This document shows positions 50,290 through 63,670 of a stretch of 64,000 nucleotides of DNA, one piece after another. The translations under genes and the position numbers were made by a program. The DNA comes from Camelus dromedarius (Eukaryota). How positions within the stretch are numbered: position 1 is the first letter of the stretch; each line of letters starts with the position of its first letter. The notes beneath the pieces were generated by a model, which did no database searches, was not told the DNA's origin, and saw only the letters and a list, made by a program, of their open reading frames with translations. The DNA lies in the NCBI RefSeq assembly GCF_036321535.1, contig NC_087472.1, forward strand, positions 96,226,001-96,290,000, in the 5' to 3' direction.

Positions 50290-52080
50290 TACTATCATGG
50301 TACCAAATCACAAAGCTATAGAAACTATTTGCATACAAATACCTTTCTGTTACACTATCTTATAAATCAAGGTTTTCAGGGTAAGAGGAAATGTATACAA
50401 TTAAAATATATTAGGGAGATACACTGCAGTGTTAAAACAGAATAAAAATATCAATACGAACTTATGATTAAAAACACATATCTTTGTAGGTCTGTCCAGA
50501 AAAAGGGGCTAGAAAAGGTGTAATGTACAGCCCCAACTCCCAGATTAGGGTCTCTAATATCTACTAGAAGGAAATGGGAGTCCTTCAGGATCATGGCTTA
50601 TTGTAGGGAAAGTGTAAGACAAGCCTAGGACATCATCTTGGGCCAGAAAGCAAGGAAGCTTTCAACGAGGAACGGGGCTTTCTCAATGGAACACAGAGGA
50701 TCTGGCTTGAATTCTCTTCCATTGGCCAAATATGTGCCAATTTTCGCATCAAAAAGATGGCCACTACATGCAGTGACATGGCTGAACCTCACAGAAAGCC
50801 AGACACTAGAAGAGCACACACTATGTGTTCCTTTTAAGTTCAAGAAGTGAGAATCAGATACAGCAAAAGCAGATAGAGTTGGAATAAGGGTTATATGGTG
50901 GGGAGGGAAGGAGAAGAGTTTGACTAGAAAGCAGCCTTTCTGGGTGCTGGAAATACAGATGTGAAAATTCATCAAGCTGTAAACTCAAGATCTGTGCATT
51001 TTATATATATACACACATATTGAGTACTGGCTGAAACATATCAAAGCAATAAAGATCTATAATGTTCATAATAATACTTAAAAACAAGAAAGCCAGAAGC
51101 TCATTTGTCACCATTTATGGTGCTTTTTAACTCAACTTCTTACCTTGAAAATTAATAAGTCAAGGGAAAGATTTAAATGCTTGCCCTGCCTTACCAGGAG
51201 GAACTGTACTTCAAAAGGTACCTAAATGGCCTTAGCTGATGAAGAACTTCAGAGCAGAATGTCAGCTAATAACTGTCAAAGGAATGATACTTAAAAAAAC
51301 CCTCTTCATTATATAAATGTTCATAAAATTATTGATTCAGGTCAAATTTATCAACTGGTGCTAAAAATCATTAGGTGGTGGTTGCCTGGCGGCAAAATAA
51401 CACTACACAGATTACTTGTTAGTTGAGAAGGGAAAATTAACTATACTAAGATAGCCATCATCTGACTTATGGTCAGTCTTACCATTACTAACGGTGGATC
51501 AACCAGATATCATGGGTCTTATAGTGTAATTCTGCAATAGTATTTATAAAACATTCTAGCAAAAATTGCTCCTTTGAGCCTTTAGATGAACTTCCAGTTT
51601 ATAGGAGACACAGGGAAAGGGGGACAAATTAAATGACATGTCGAGGAAGAAATCAAACAAATCAAAGTGGGACATTTTTGCAGGACAACTGGCATGGTTT
51701 CAAAAAATTGTTCTAGACTAAAAATAGCTTGAGACCTACTCAGATGTGTTATGTGGTCCTGGAATTGATTTCCCATTTGGACAAATCAGGGGAATTTTCA
51801 TGATGCAAATTTATTGACACGGAAAGGTGGGGATGGTTAAGTGAAATAAAAGCAGGTTGTACAACAGTATGAAAAGTATGATTGTATTTGGGGAAAAATA
51901 CACGTACGTATGTTCAAATTGCAAAATATCTGGAAGAACACAAAGCTCTAAGAATGGTCATTTCTGGGTTGTGGGAATATAGGAGTTTCTCTTTTCTTTT
52001 TTTCCTTATTTACATTTTCTAATATTTCACAATATACATATACTGCTTTTCTATTACTAAAAAGTTACTTTAAATTAAAC
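50290..52080 (+). mobile_element. Mosaic of ancient L1MC/MD/ME 3' fragments (PDK3 intron)
   Basis: Segments such as 'acatggctgaacctcacaga...aagagcacacactatgtgttcc...atcaagctgtaaactcaagatctgtgcatttta' and 'aaatcaaagtgggacatttttgcaggacaactggc'. Confidence 0.5.
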
Positions 52081-52224
52081 AAATAAACAGAATCCTTACT
52101 GTTGCTAGTAGAATTGGACCTTAAGGGTAGTCAGAAGAAAAAAAAATTGGAAACTAAAGATTGGATTATTGTCCTTATTACCATAAAGTAGTGAAACTTG
52201 TTATTCTGTGATTGATAATTTTCC

Positions 52225-52650
52225 TCTTTTTTATTTTTTCACTGTGGTAAAGTGTACATAAAATTTACTATCTGGTTAAGATGGTAAAAAAAAAAGGTTT
52301 CTTAAAGTGTACAATTCAGTGGCACTAAGTACATTCACAGTGTTGTGCAACCATCACCACCGTCCGTCTCCGGAACTTTTTCATCTTTCTCAACTGCAAC
52401 TCTAACTTTCTCCACTAAACACTAAGTTCCCTTTCCCCCTGCTCTCTGCCCCTGGCAAACACCATTGTTCTTTCTGTCTCCAGGTACCTTGCATAAATGG
52501 AATCATACAGTATTTGTCCTTCGGGGGTCTGGCTTATTTCACTAAGCATAATGACTTCAAGGTTTATCCACATTGTAGTATGTGCCAGAACTTTATTCCC
52601 TCTAAAGGCTGAATAATTTTCCGCTATATGGATAAACCACATTTGTTTAT
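52225..52650 (-). mobile_element. L1MB-like 3' end
   Basis: 'aagtgtacaattcagtggcactaagtacattcacagtgttgtgcaaccatcacc'. ORF 52415..52642 (WINLEVIMLSEISQ) is L1-derived. Confidence 0.85.
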
Positions 52651-52672
52651 CTTGACTGATAAATTTAACTTC

Positions 52673-52678
52673 TTTATT
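52673..52678 (-). terminator. Poly(A) signal of the PDK3 short isoform
   Basis: Minus-strand AATAAA ~380 nt after the KAKQ* stop. Confidence 0.65.
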
Positions 52679-53056
52679 TTTCCAGTTTCAACCCGCACCT
52701 ACAGACTTTCTCTAAACACTCTTCTGTCAATCTCTACGGATGATGACAAATTACAGATGTAGTTACTTTTTAAATAAGATTCATGGCAGAATAAACCCTG
52801 CTTACTGCTATTAATACCTCCATGGGGCAAGGACTCCTGGAGCATCAGGGCCTCTATTGGAACTGCTACTCTGGCTACCCAATTCTTGCCATCCTTCCTG
52901 TCTGGGGTGTAAAGCTACTCCGATCTTTCTTTCTTTAGGGATTGCTTTGCTTTTCCAGGGACAAAACCACAAAGATTTGGCTCAAATTATCAATTGTCTG
53001 GATTGTACACTCTGGACAAAAATCAGATCCTTCCTAACAGAAAGAAAAGCGGTAAA

Positions 53057-53200
53057 TTACTGCTTCGCCTTGTATTTGGAGGCATCCCTGGGTTCACTGC
53101 TGGGATTGCTCCAATCGTCGGCTTCAGGTGTGGTCTTGTAATGGCGCCATGCTGACTTATTAAAAACTGGAAGTCTCTCAAATGATTCACTTGAAAGAGC
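53057..53200 (-). CDS. PDK3: Pyruvate dehydrogenase kinase 3, last common coding exon (exon 11 by human numbering)
   Basis: Acceptor tttcccttag|GCT. Translates to ALSSESFERLPVFNKSAWRHYKTTPEADDWSNPSSEPRDASKYKAKQ* (144 nt), including the DW motif of the C-terminal tail. Confidence 0.97.
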   Translation of the reverse strand, partial: ALSSESFERLPVFNKSAWRHYKTTPEADDWSNPSSEPRDASKYKAKQ

Positions 53201-54472
53201 CTAAGGGAAAAACAGAAATATACACCAAAGGTCCACAGTGTCATTTTTCTCACGTGAAGTATGAACCCAACTTTTACTATTTAAAGCTCTAGACACCTTG
53301 ATACATATTTTTGGAGTTATAGTAAAATCACATTTGAGTAGTTTACTTAGACTGGTCAGGGTGAAATTGAAGCTTTTTTTTTTAAAGGAATAAAAACATT
53401 CACTCATGAAAACCCAGTACTGATGTACACATGACCAGACAAAAAGTATTTTAGTTCAGTTAATACTGATGTGAGATACTCAGCTGTCTTGACTGTATGG
53501 TCTTAGAGCAAACACTATTGTCCACTGGGCAACTACACCCCCAGAGGGCCCTGAAGAAATAGTTTCATACACAGTGGATTTATTAATATAACCTCATAAC
53601 GTGATATCAAATAGCACATCATTCATAGGCACTGGCATCTAAGATAAACACTCCAAACAACTGGCTATCTTTATAACATATGACACACTCTGTAGCTGTT
53701 AAATAGGGTGGAACTGTTCTATATGAACAGATATGGAAAGACTTCCAAGATCTATTGGAAAGTGTTTTTTTTTTTAAAAAGCAAAGTCCCAAAATAATCA
53801 CTTGTGTGAAAAAATAATAGATTCCCCCTTATATGTTGATCAATGCAGAATCAACTCCTAAGAGGATCCACATGAAACTGGTACCCACGGTCACCTCTGG
53901 AAAAGAGAATCAGGTGGTTTGGGGCCAGTAATGGAGAGACTTCGTTTTCCCTTTTGTAGATTATACATTTTGTATTATGTGCCTATAGCACATATTCAAA
54001 AAATACTCCAAATATTCTAGAGTTTACAAGTAAATAAAAGTCTGATACCACCAATGAATGAGAAAACTTGTGTTAGAGAACTCTGTTATCTCATCAACCT
54101 TTTAGGTAACCATATTATAATCACTGAATTCTTCTAACTTTGGGAAAGCCAACAAGTTGCCAAAGACTAAAAGACTTCAGTTTATGAAAACCAATCTCTT
54201 TTTAGAGTAGTCCTTTCAATGGATATGCAATTTTTAAAAAATCACAACTCAGAATTACAGTTTTAAAAATCAATATTTATGTTTTTACATCTCCATGTTT
54301 CCTATTTCACTATATCTGAGGATAAAATCAAAGGTAGGAGATAACTTGGTTTTCACATAAAACTGAAGCAAATCTGAGCTGAATATAAGAGATGATACTC
54401 TCCATTAGTTATCAGAACGTACAGCTTTAAAAAGTAAAGACGCCTTCATATAATAGAAATAAAATGCAGTAC

Positions 54473-54586
54473 CTTCAAATAAATGACAGCGTCAGTGCCC
54501 ACTCCTTCCATGGAATAGAGTTTTAGATCTCCTTGAAAATATCTAGCATACAGACGAGAAATTGGCAAACCATAACCAAATCCAGC
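54473..54586 (-). CDS. PDK3: PDK3 exon 10 (G2 box)
   Basis: atag|...|gtactg, 114 nt: [38 protein letters not shown]. Confidence 0.98.
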
Positions 54587-55329
54587 CTATCGAGAAAAAA
54601 CAATAGTCAGACAGGCACAAAATGCTAACACGTTTAGCCTGAGGACTACCCCGAAGATTAAAATAAATTCTTGATCCACACTTAAAGCAAATAAATTATT
54701 GATCCAACCTTTACAGTATTTGCTCATCTATGGCAAACAATCTATTTTCACCCTGCAAAAGTACTTCTCATATGTTTGTTTGGAAATAATAGAAATATTC
54801 CAATTTTTGACTAATGCTTTCTGAGCATTTTAAAACAAATTTTTAGCCTTGTTAAAGCAAGTCCCAAATCAAGTGGGACTGAATTGAAAACCAAACTAAA
54901 CCAGATCATTCCAAAGTCCCATTATCTGTTTCCCTTGCTCTTTAAAGTGCAAATTAAATTGAGTAGCACAGGAGTTCAAACCTACCAGTGCCAAGGCTAA
55001 CACAATGAAAAGAAAGCAATCTCCTAAGGGCTACTTCCTGAGACTCTGGGAATGCTTCAGTGTTGTGACGTATGGCAGCCTGCACATTTTTACAATGTGC
55101 AAGAAAACAAGCCCAGTATCCTCTCGGATCTCCAGGTCATAGAACCCTGACTGGCAGTAACAGGTTGTCAGGTGGTAGGAAGGTCTCTGGTATTGACGAA
55201 AGCAATAAGAACAAGTGAGGCTGGTTTCAGTACCTCTAGGTGGAGGGGAAGGGGCTGTTTTGTAAGCTTTGGCCCTTCTGATTAAGTCCACAGACAGGCT
55301 ACCGAAGGAGGTGGGGAAACACACGTGCA

Positions 55330-55545
55330 GCAGCGGATGCGTGGGTTTTAGGCTCAGACAGACCTAAGGCAAAATCCACTTTTTGTGCCACCGTGAGCAG
55401 TTTGCTCAATGTCTCTGACGCTGTTTTCTCAACTGAAAGTGTAATAAGAAGCTTATCTCAGAGCTGCTCTTAGAATTAAATGATTTAAGAAGTGGAAAGT
55501 CTTGGCACGGTGCCTAAGACACAGCAAAAGTACATAAATGGAAGC
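55330..55545 (+). mobile_element. MIR
   Basis: 'tttaggctcagacagacc...ttgctcaatgtctctgacgctgttttctcaactgaaag...gaattaaatga...cttggcacggtgcctaagacacagcaa'. Confidence 0.6.
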
Positions 55546-57427
55546 TGCAGTTCTGGCTACCGCAGAGCAGCGATTTTACCAAGTTCCATGGCTTTTGACC
55601 ATTTTGTAACATCTTTCCTGGACACCTTCCTCGGGGTGGGGCTTAACTCAAAGGGCTGGGTGTGACAGAGCACCATTACTGAAGGGCTGTGGGCCTGGCA
55701 GAATACAGCCAGTAGTGAAGACGACATAGACACAGCGGGGACTGCGGTCACCACAGCAAAGGACCCAGCGTACTCCAGGAAGGGGCCAAGGAAACCTGCC
55801 TCCTCCATTCCAGCAAGGCCCCAAGCCTGCCCTCGGGTCTCTCAGGGAACAGCCGAGAACTCCTGAGCCCAATATGAGTGTGAGGAGACAGGCAAGCCCA
55901 GAGGCCCGTGGGAAGCAAAGGCGGGGCCTCCACCTTGGGTTTGGTCAGGTTCAGGCAAGTCTTCCCAGAGTGTCAAAGGATCAATAGGAGATGGCTAGGG
56001 GGACATTTCTGAAAAAGAAATGTGTGTGTCACGGCACAGAGCTGTAACACAGTAAGGTGTTTGATGAGGAAATTGTTTTCCAGGAGTTCATAGCCACACT
56101 CCCACTGAAAAGCTGAGGAGAGCTGACTAACCAGGAGAGATGCTAGTAGGGGCATTTCTTCCAAAGGAGAGCACGCGGTACACTGGACAGAATGCAGATG
56201 TAGCCGTGCCAGCTGTGACGATAATGAGCTCAATGACTCGGGGCAAGGCACTAACCTTACTTCCTCATCTATAAAATGGGAGGTTGGATGCATACTTCTT
56301 AAAGGTCTCCTACTTCAATCGCTCAGTTTCATTTTAAAAAAACTATGACATAACAGCTGTCCTCAAGATGCTATTTTGAGACCTGAACCAGATGATCCAT
56401 ATTCCTTTTAAACCACTGGGGAAGGCTCTATTTTTGCTCGCAGTGGGGGTTTTTTTCCCTTGTGACATTTATTTAAGTAGGTACCAGAAACTGGTCAAGG
56501 CAATGCCTTTCAAAATTGATCTTTCAAGAATTTTCTTGACTCCTATAGAAATGAGTTTCTCTCTGCTTTCAACATGCTGTGTTAACAAACTCTGTCCTGA
56601 ATAAATGATGCTAAGTGTTGGATTTTATTCATACAAAGAAAATATAATCTTATGTGATTATCAGTCAGGTAGGACTTGAAAATGAAAACGTAGATCCTGA
56701 ACCATTTTGCAGACTGATAGCTATGTTGCTGTGTTTAATGACAAAGGGTTCAATTGTTGTTTGTCAATTAGAAACACTCAGTGGGGAAAGAAAGTGTGGC
56801 CCTACCAGGATCTAAATGCTGCCATGGTAACCAGAGGCTTTCCTCGCTGCCTTAATAGGGCTGAAGGTTATTTCCACAGTGAGACAGAAAGGGCTCTGGA
56901 AATGCAGACCCCACCTATAGGTTTCCTGCTTATGTTATTTCATATGAAAAATTTAATGTGTTCATAATTTAACATTTTAATTATATACACAAATTTGGCG
57001 GGGGAAGCTCAAAGGCCCTGGGTGATATGGTGCTCTACGGAATGCAGCGCCCAAGTGCCCAGGGCCAGCTGCAGCCATCCCCGCTGTGCTGCTCCCCGCT
57101 CACCTGCTTTCACGCTTCCACCCGCTTCGAGGGGAGCGCCGGGCAGTAAATGGCACCCTGGTAGGAGTCTTATCCACAGGGAAATGCTTTTTCTCTGTAC
57201 TGGGGAGGTAGGCACTCACCTCTGACTGTTTCTTAGACACAAATTAAGAAAGAAATCTGCGTCCAAACGATTTATATAGAAAGTAGTAGTGGCATAAAAT
57301 CCCCCCTCCTTCAAACCATGCAGAACACATTCAAGTTTAACACGGCTAACGTGCCAACCCAGGGAGACAGCCAGCTCTGCCCCTTCTCCTAATGGTCTTT
57401 CCTGAAGCAGCAGTTTCAGATACTTAC

Positions 57428-57538
57428 CAGAGGGGCAGCTCTTGTGGGCTCCAGGCTAGGTCTTGGAGCAGTTGAATACATGTAGTTAAAAAGACGATCT
57501 ATTTTTCGTAGCGGGACCCCACCACCTAGGTCACTTAT
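57428..57538 (-). CDS. PDK3: PDK3 exon 9 (G1 box DxGxG, ATP lid)
   Basis: ttacag|...|gtaagt, 111 nt: [37 protein letters not shown]. Confidence 0.98.
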
Positions 57539-57982
57539 CTGTAATGTATAAAATGTTAAAGTAAGAAAAAGGAGAAGGAGAAGGAAAAGAAGGAGAAGTC
57601 ATCAATCTACACTTAGAAGGGGGCAAGGAGTTCATTAAATAAATAAAGCACGTACCAGGTTACTCTAAACCATGCAAGGGCTTGAACCCCCAATGTAATA
57701 CGGTCCCTTAGTGAACAGTGCAAAACAAAGAAGGCAGTGGAGTGCATTTAGGATCCTACTTAGGATCCAATAGGCTTGGGTTTGAGACCCTTATTCAGCT
57801 CCCTAAAAAATGGGGTTCTAATGAAATTTAAATGAGGTAACTTAAGCCAAAGATCTAATGCAGTACTTACGTACGAACAAGACACTCAGGGTCAGTTCTC
57901 TTCCCTTCCCTTTCATTCCTCAATGCTTACACACTATTAAATTAATTGATAACACAAGTATACATACGAATAGAGCAGATAC

Positions 57983-58084
57983 CTTAATGGATAAGTCTTC
58001 TTTACCCAGAGTAACAAGGGTTTTAACAGATGGGTAGCCCTCTTTCTTATCTTCATACAGTTCGACTGTTGCTCTCATTGAGTT
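57983..58084 (-). CDS. PDK3: PDK3 exon 8 (N box)
   Basis: tttcag|...|gtatct, 102 nt: NSMRATVELYEDKKEGYPSVKTLVTLGKEDLSIK. Confidence 0.97.
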
Positions 58085-59411
58085 CTGAAATCACAAGACC
58101 TTTTTTTTTTAGCATACCACCAACTCACAAACTACAACTTTAAAAAAAGAAACTAGCACAAGATTACCTCTACTGGACCGTTCTTTTGTGGGGCAACTAT
58201 GAGTTGGATTTCTACGGCACCTTTTCCCCCCTCTAAAGAACTTAACCAAATGTGTGTTCAGATCAAGGAAAAATTTCTTGATGCTTTATTTTGTTTTTCA
58301 TCTCATTTTAGTTTCATCTGCCATACTAAATACTCATTTTTCTTTCCTTCTTTTTTTTCTTTTTGTCTTTCCTTTGGGGTATTTAAATGATTCAACTCTT
58401 AACCAAGAGGAATGTTTTTTATCACATGTAATGGGGCTGCAAAGGCTCACTGATGCGCTTTAAATCCCATTTATCAGTCTGCATTTACGGAGCACCCTTC
58501 CTCTAAAGAAGACAGAAAACCTGAGAGGATTCATGCTTCCCACAAAAATTAATCATTCGGCTTAAAAAAAAAAAGTAGATGAAATGTCAGGTAAAAAGAA
58601 ATTCTGAAAAAGCCACAGCTGCTGAAGAGAAAGTCCACAATTGGATGCCCATTTCAACCTTGAGTGTCACATCAGTAACATGGTAATTTTGGGAAGCAAA
58701 TCAGCATAACTGATTTTTCAGGTGTTCAATTTAGGGTTTTACACATTGGAAGAAATGAAATTTTATCTCCAACTCCTTGTGCCAAAATACTGCCACTTCA
58801 TGCCATTAGCTACTGGCTAATGAAAGCAACAGCTTAAGCTGTAGAGTCTGAAGAGTTTTTTTCTTTTTTCTTTTTTCTTTTTTTTGGGGGTAGTCTTTTT
58901 GGGTCCAGCCCTTCCCCATCTTTCCCCTCTGCCTCTGTCAGATATTCTGAATTTTCTGAACTGATTCAAATATGTAAAAGTCCTAGTGTGTCTTTCAGGA
59001 CTAGAACAAGTGCTAATGGACCTACATGGTTAGTGTTCAGAAGCACAGATGCATAAACATGTTTTTATTTTGACCTGGCTACCACCAAGAAAGCCTTTGC
59101 CAGGTTTGGAAACTAAAAAGCATCTCTAATCTCATAGCTGAAGAAAAAACTGTATGGATTTTACAGAAAGTCACTAAAGTACAATTAAGCTTCAAAATCA
59201 ACATGTACTAATATTCACAAAAACTATACCGTACACAGCAATTTTTCATCTCACAGTGTACAAATTATAAAACCCACAGGATATCAGAAATAGAATTTTA
59301 AAAATGGTTATGCAAAACCTTTTTCTTATGCTAATCTAATGAATCCATTATGCCCTGAATCAAAGTAATTTAAAATGAAGACTTCTTTCCATGTTTTTAA
59401 ATTCCACTTAC

Positions 59412-59488
59412 CTTGAACAACTCAAATAGCATGTGAAACAGATGTGAGGGCACATAAACTACCTGAATAGGTTTGTCTGGAGCTTTGG
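59412..59488 (-). CDS. PDK3: PDK3 exon 7; upstream exons lie beyond the right edge of the window
   Basis: tctgttttcag|...|gtaagt, 77 nt: (A)KAPDKPIQVVYVPSHLFHMLFELFK. The frame is continuous with exon 8 (FELFK|NSMRAT). Confidence 0.97.
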
Positions 59489-59639
59489 CTGAAAACAGAG
59501 ACAAAATCGTCAATGATTAAGGACCAAAACTAGAAGAAAGTCAAGAATGCTGTTTCAATCCTATTTTCCAAGTACATAAAAAAGAACTCTACAAAAGGCT
59601 AGTTTAGGCTTCCATCTCTAAAGGCAGGGTTGAGCAAAA

Positions 59640-59790
59640 GCATGTGCTGTGAAGTCCAACAAACTTGGGTTGAAATCCAGCTCCTTCACTTACCAGCTAT
59701 GTGATCTGGGGCAGAGTTCTCTCTTTGGAACTCAGCTGAGCAAAACTGGAATATCATCACCTTTGTCATGTTCTGAGCATTACATACGTT
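59640..59790 (+). mobile_element. MIR
   Basis: 'aagtccaacaaacttgggttgaaatccagctccttcacttaccagctatgtgatctggggcag'. Confidence 0.7.
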
Positions 59791-60377
59791 CATCCAAATA
59801 TCGCTTGGTGTTTTTCAAAATGGGGTCCCCCCCACTGACCACAATGGTCAGCCAGGGAAATGTGAAGCCACAGAGGAAAGGGGGCACATCTTCTTGGTGA
59901 ACTGGACTAAACAGCAATGTTAAATTCTATTAAATTATGAGAAAAAGGCACACTACTGACAGCTAGCAGAACTGCCCCCCCAGAGACCTACAGCCCTTTC
60001 TCCTCGCATCAGCAATCTTCTGAGGAAAATACAAGAAACCTCGAATCCTGAGACCTTTAAGAGACCGAAACTACGGAAACTTTCTCAAGCAAAACACCCA
60101 TGTTGTAATTTCAACCTTACCACTTCCTCTAATAAAGTAATTAACAGTAACATAAAGGAGAGTGAACATTTGTTTGTTTCTTAGCAGTTTACAAAGAGCT
60201 TGCACACACATTATCCAATTGAACCCTCATGATGATACTGGGTGGCTCACAGGGTGGCTGGCTGGGGACACAGGCTTTGCAGAGGCCTGAAACTGGATGC
60301 CTGAACCAAGAGCTTTTGATTCTAAGTCCTGATCCTTTTGATGATCAGTTGTTTTTAAAGTTATTACGTAATATAAG

Positions 60378-61166
60378 CAACAGTCTCCCCTTGTCCCTGG
60401 TTTAGCTTGCTGCAGTTTCTGTTACCCATGGTCAAACGAGGTTTGAAAATATTAAATGTTAACTTCTAGAAACAAACAATCCATAAGTTCTGAGTAGTGT
60501 GAGGAAATCTCGTGCCTTCTCGATCCGTCCTGCTCGGGACGTCAATCATCCCTTTGTCCAATAGATCCCTCCCATTACGTAGTAGCCACCTCAGTTAGCA
60601 GATCTCTGTTGCAATACAGTAGTGCTCGTGTTCAAGTAGCGTTTATTTTATAATGGTCCCAAAGCACAAGTAGAGTGATGCTGTGAAGTGTTTCCTTTAA
60701 TTGAAAGGGTGAAAGTTCTCTCCTTTATAAGGAACAAAACTGTACGCTGACATTGCTAAGATCTACAGTAAGAACGAATCTTCTATCCCTGAAATTGTGA
60801 AGGAGGAAAAAGAAATATGTGCTAGTTTTGTTGTCACACCTCAAACTGCAAAACTATCACATGGCTACAGCGTGTGATAAGGGCTTAGCTAAGATGGAAA
60901 AGGCCATTAAATCTGTACAAGATATTTTGAGAGACAGAGAGAAACCACATTCACGTAACTTTCATTACAATATATTGCTATAATGATTCTAATTTATTAA
61001 CAGTTCTTGTTGTTAATCTCTTTCTGTGCCTAATTTATAAATTAAACTTTATCAGAGGCATGTATGCACAGGAAAAAACAGTATATACAGGGTTTGGTAC
61101 CATCTGTGGCTTTAAGCATCCATTGAGGGTCTTGGAACGTATCCTCCATGGAAAAGGGGGGACTAA
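60378..61166 (+). mobile_element. MER44/Tigger7-derived non-autonomous DNA transposon
   Basis: Degenerate TIRs 'cagtctccccttgtcc' and 'ggaaaaggggggacta'. Internal 'gttctgagtagtgtgaggaaatctcg...ggacgtcaatcatccctttgtcc...atggtcccaaagcacaagtagagtgatgctg'. Confidence 0.85.
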
Positions 61167-63361
61167 TGCACAAAAGATTTTCAAAAATTTTTTAAAGAAG
61201 GAAAGTCAAAGTCCTTCCATCCTTTACCATCTCACCCCACAGTCCGCACGAAGAGGCAGCCATGCGTTACTACTTCTGCTTCAGTCTTCTGGGTGATGTT
61301 ATTCACGTCCTGTTCTGTAGCTTTAATGAACTCCTCTGTACTTTGCCTATAGGCTCTTTTTAAAAAGCTGAACATCGACTGTGTTGGTAACATAACTAGG
61401 GAAATACTGCTCACTGTGGAGCGGCCGCAGGGGTGTGCCGGGATGACGTTTCCTTTCCTGTGAGACCAATGTGTCGTGATTCATGCGTCACTGGAAGGAG
61501 AATCCTTAAGGCAAAACGGATTCACTTTATCCACCTCCAACTGCTCAAAATCATGCTACCCTTTTTAGGTTGCCAAATATTTGGACCGTGTCTTTCTTAC
61601 ACAGTTTTATGTATTTCCTGGAGTTTCTAACTACCTTGCCTCTCAGGGAACTGGACAGAGAAGTATGCGTCCCTCACTGCAGCACTAAGATCTTCCAGCC
61701 TCTTTTCTGCCGCGTGGGGTCCATTCCATTCTTCAAGATGTTTCAATTAGAATCGATTGCTTGCCAAACATGCTGCACAGCCATCACCCTCAAATTGCTT
61801 TTGATTGAAGATCTAATGTTTTTCACTATTTCTTATATCTACATTATATACACTATCAAGTCAGCCAGGTAACTCATGTCAGAAGGGTGTGCATGGTAGA
61901 TACATTTCTCAATCCTCATACCTCTGATTCATTTGATTGGAGGTTTAGCTAGGGACAGAATTCTAGGTTCAAAACCATTTTTCCCCCAGCATTTAGAATG
62001 GTAGGGGGCGGTGTCTTCTGACCATGACAGCACGGCTGAGAACTTTAATGCCAGGGAGGTTTTCATTCATGTTGCTGGTTTTCACCCGAGGTCTGATACA
62101 CCTTGCTTGGAACATTCTTGTTGAAGAATGAGGAACTGGATTATTCATTTGAGGGAGTTGGTGGTCACTTCCCCCTGGGGCCCTCCCCTAGGAAGGCTGG
62201 CTTGGAGTTCTGTGTACCTGGTCAAGACTTTCCACTGGCTTTAGGCTGGACAGAAAGCAAGCTGGACCCTGACCAGAGGGTCTCCCAAATGCCTGAGTGA
62301 AGAGGGCTTAACTTTGGGATAGCGACGCTCACGCCAACAGCCCTAGTTTTTCCCAGGTTGGTCCCAAAGAAACTCCTTTGATTTTGACCTTTGCCTACAC
62401 GTGGCTGTCTGCAGGCAGACCAGAGTCCAGCCGCACCCCATCACCCATCCTTACTTCACCTCAGACCAGCTTTGAATTATCCGCCATCTTTTGACTTCTC
62501 GATCCAGCCCTGTGCACCCCCTGGCTCTGTTTCCAGAGTCCCTCCAGGGTAATCTGGTACCACTGCTGCTGCGGCCTCCTCCTCCATGGCTTCTTCTGCT
62601 CTGTCCCACTGACTAGCGTGCTTCTATCTGGTTAGTCTTTGGCAGGAGGTGGGATCAGTGGCACACTGACGAGCACCCCTGCTCCCTTGCTGTTTTTCTC
62701 CCGCGTTCCTTTGTTCTCCTGTTAACGGGGCCCTAGGAGCATGCTGAATGCTCAGTCTACCTTGTACCAGAAGGCATGATTAGTTATATAAACAGCCTTC
62801 TGAATTCAACCTTTTTTTCACTACAAATCTCAGGGAAATTAGAATACCTTTGATAGTTTTGTTTTGTTTGTTTGCTATTCAGTTCAACCAGTATTCTCTA
62901 AGAGCCATCTGAAGGCTTGCTCAACTACTTGTACTTTACTTTGAGAACATTATCGTTTAGAGCTCTTCCCTTCCATTAGAGGCCATGTCAGTGTTTCTGT
63001 CCATGACTCTTCCCTACTCCTGGGTCCAGTGGCTTTTATGCAGTAGACCCTTAATAGATGCTTGCTGGCTTTCTAAAACAAAACTTAAATGGAACACGAC
63101 TTTTTCCATCTAAGGGCACATTTTTAAAAGTCAATGGAAAAAATGGTCCAGGCTTTTTGTGCTCAAGACTCAAGAAATAATGAAGTCTATCTGCATAATC
63201 ATTGCTCCAAATACCATTAGCTGAAATGACATTTAACAAATGCCAACAGAACTCTATATAGGCTATAAAGAATTTTATTTTCAGATAGTTCTATAAAGAG
63301 TGGGGAAAAAAACCTGGAAGCTAAGCAGAAAAAATTCTTTTAAGAGAAATGGAAGAGAAAC

Positions 63362-63508
63362 TCAACCTGCAGTTGGTTGAATCCGCGGATGCAGAGGGCT
63401 GACTAAACTCTCCCATTTTATTTAAGGGGCTTGAGCATCAACAAATTTTGGTATACGTGGGGGGTCCTGGAACCAATCCCCTGCAGATACCGAGGGAGGG
63501 CTGTATAC
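63362..63508 (+). mobile_element. MER2-like Tigger MITE right end
   Basis: 'aaggggcttgagcatc...ttttggtatacgtggggggtcctggaaccaatcccctgcagataccgagggagggctgtata'. Confidence 0.75.
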
Positions 63509-63519
63509 TAACAGGAATT

Positions 63520-63670
63520 TAACCCATTTGGGCTTCCATCATTCCATTTCTGAAATGGGCACAGTACATATCTCACTGGGTTAATATAAGGATTAAATGA
63601 GACAATAGTGATAAACTAGTTTACACAGAGCCTGCCACACAGTAAGCAGTCAATAAATATTAGCTATTAC
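63520..63670 (+). mobile_element. MIR
   Basis: 'ccatttctgaaatgggcacagta...aaggattaaatgagacaata...cctgccacacagtaagcagtcaataaatattagctatta'. Confidence 0.75.

Noticed and set aside
53023..53253. ORF-track peptide RLFQVNHLRDFQFLISQHGAITRPH... as a separate gene
   Set aside because: It is an alternative reading frame over PDK3 exon 11; the spliced frame is ALSSESFERLP...
54985..55324. Possible extra PDK3 cassette exon or 97-aa ORF in intron 9
   Set aside because: Exons 9 and 10 join in frame to give the canonical PDK sequence (AAPL|AGFGYG), and the candidate has stops in all frames from the apparent acceptor.
49173..59488. PDK3 as a pseudogene or retrocopy
   Set aside because: Introns are present, all splice sites are GT-AG, and frames and catalytic boxes are intact. 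A recent genomic duplicate cannot be excluded from sequence alone.
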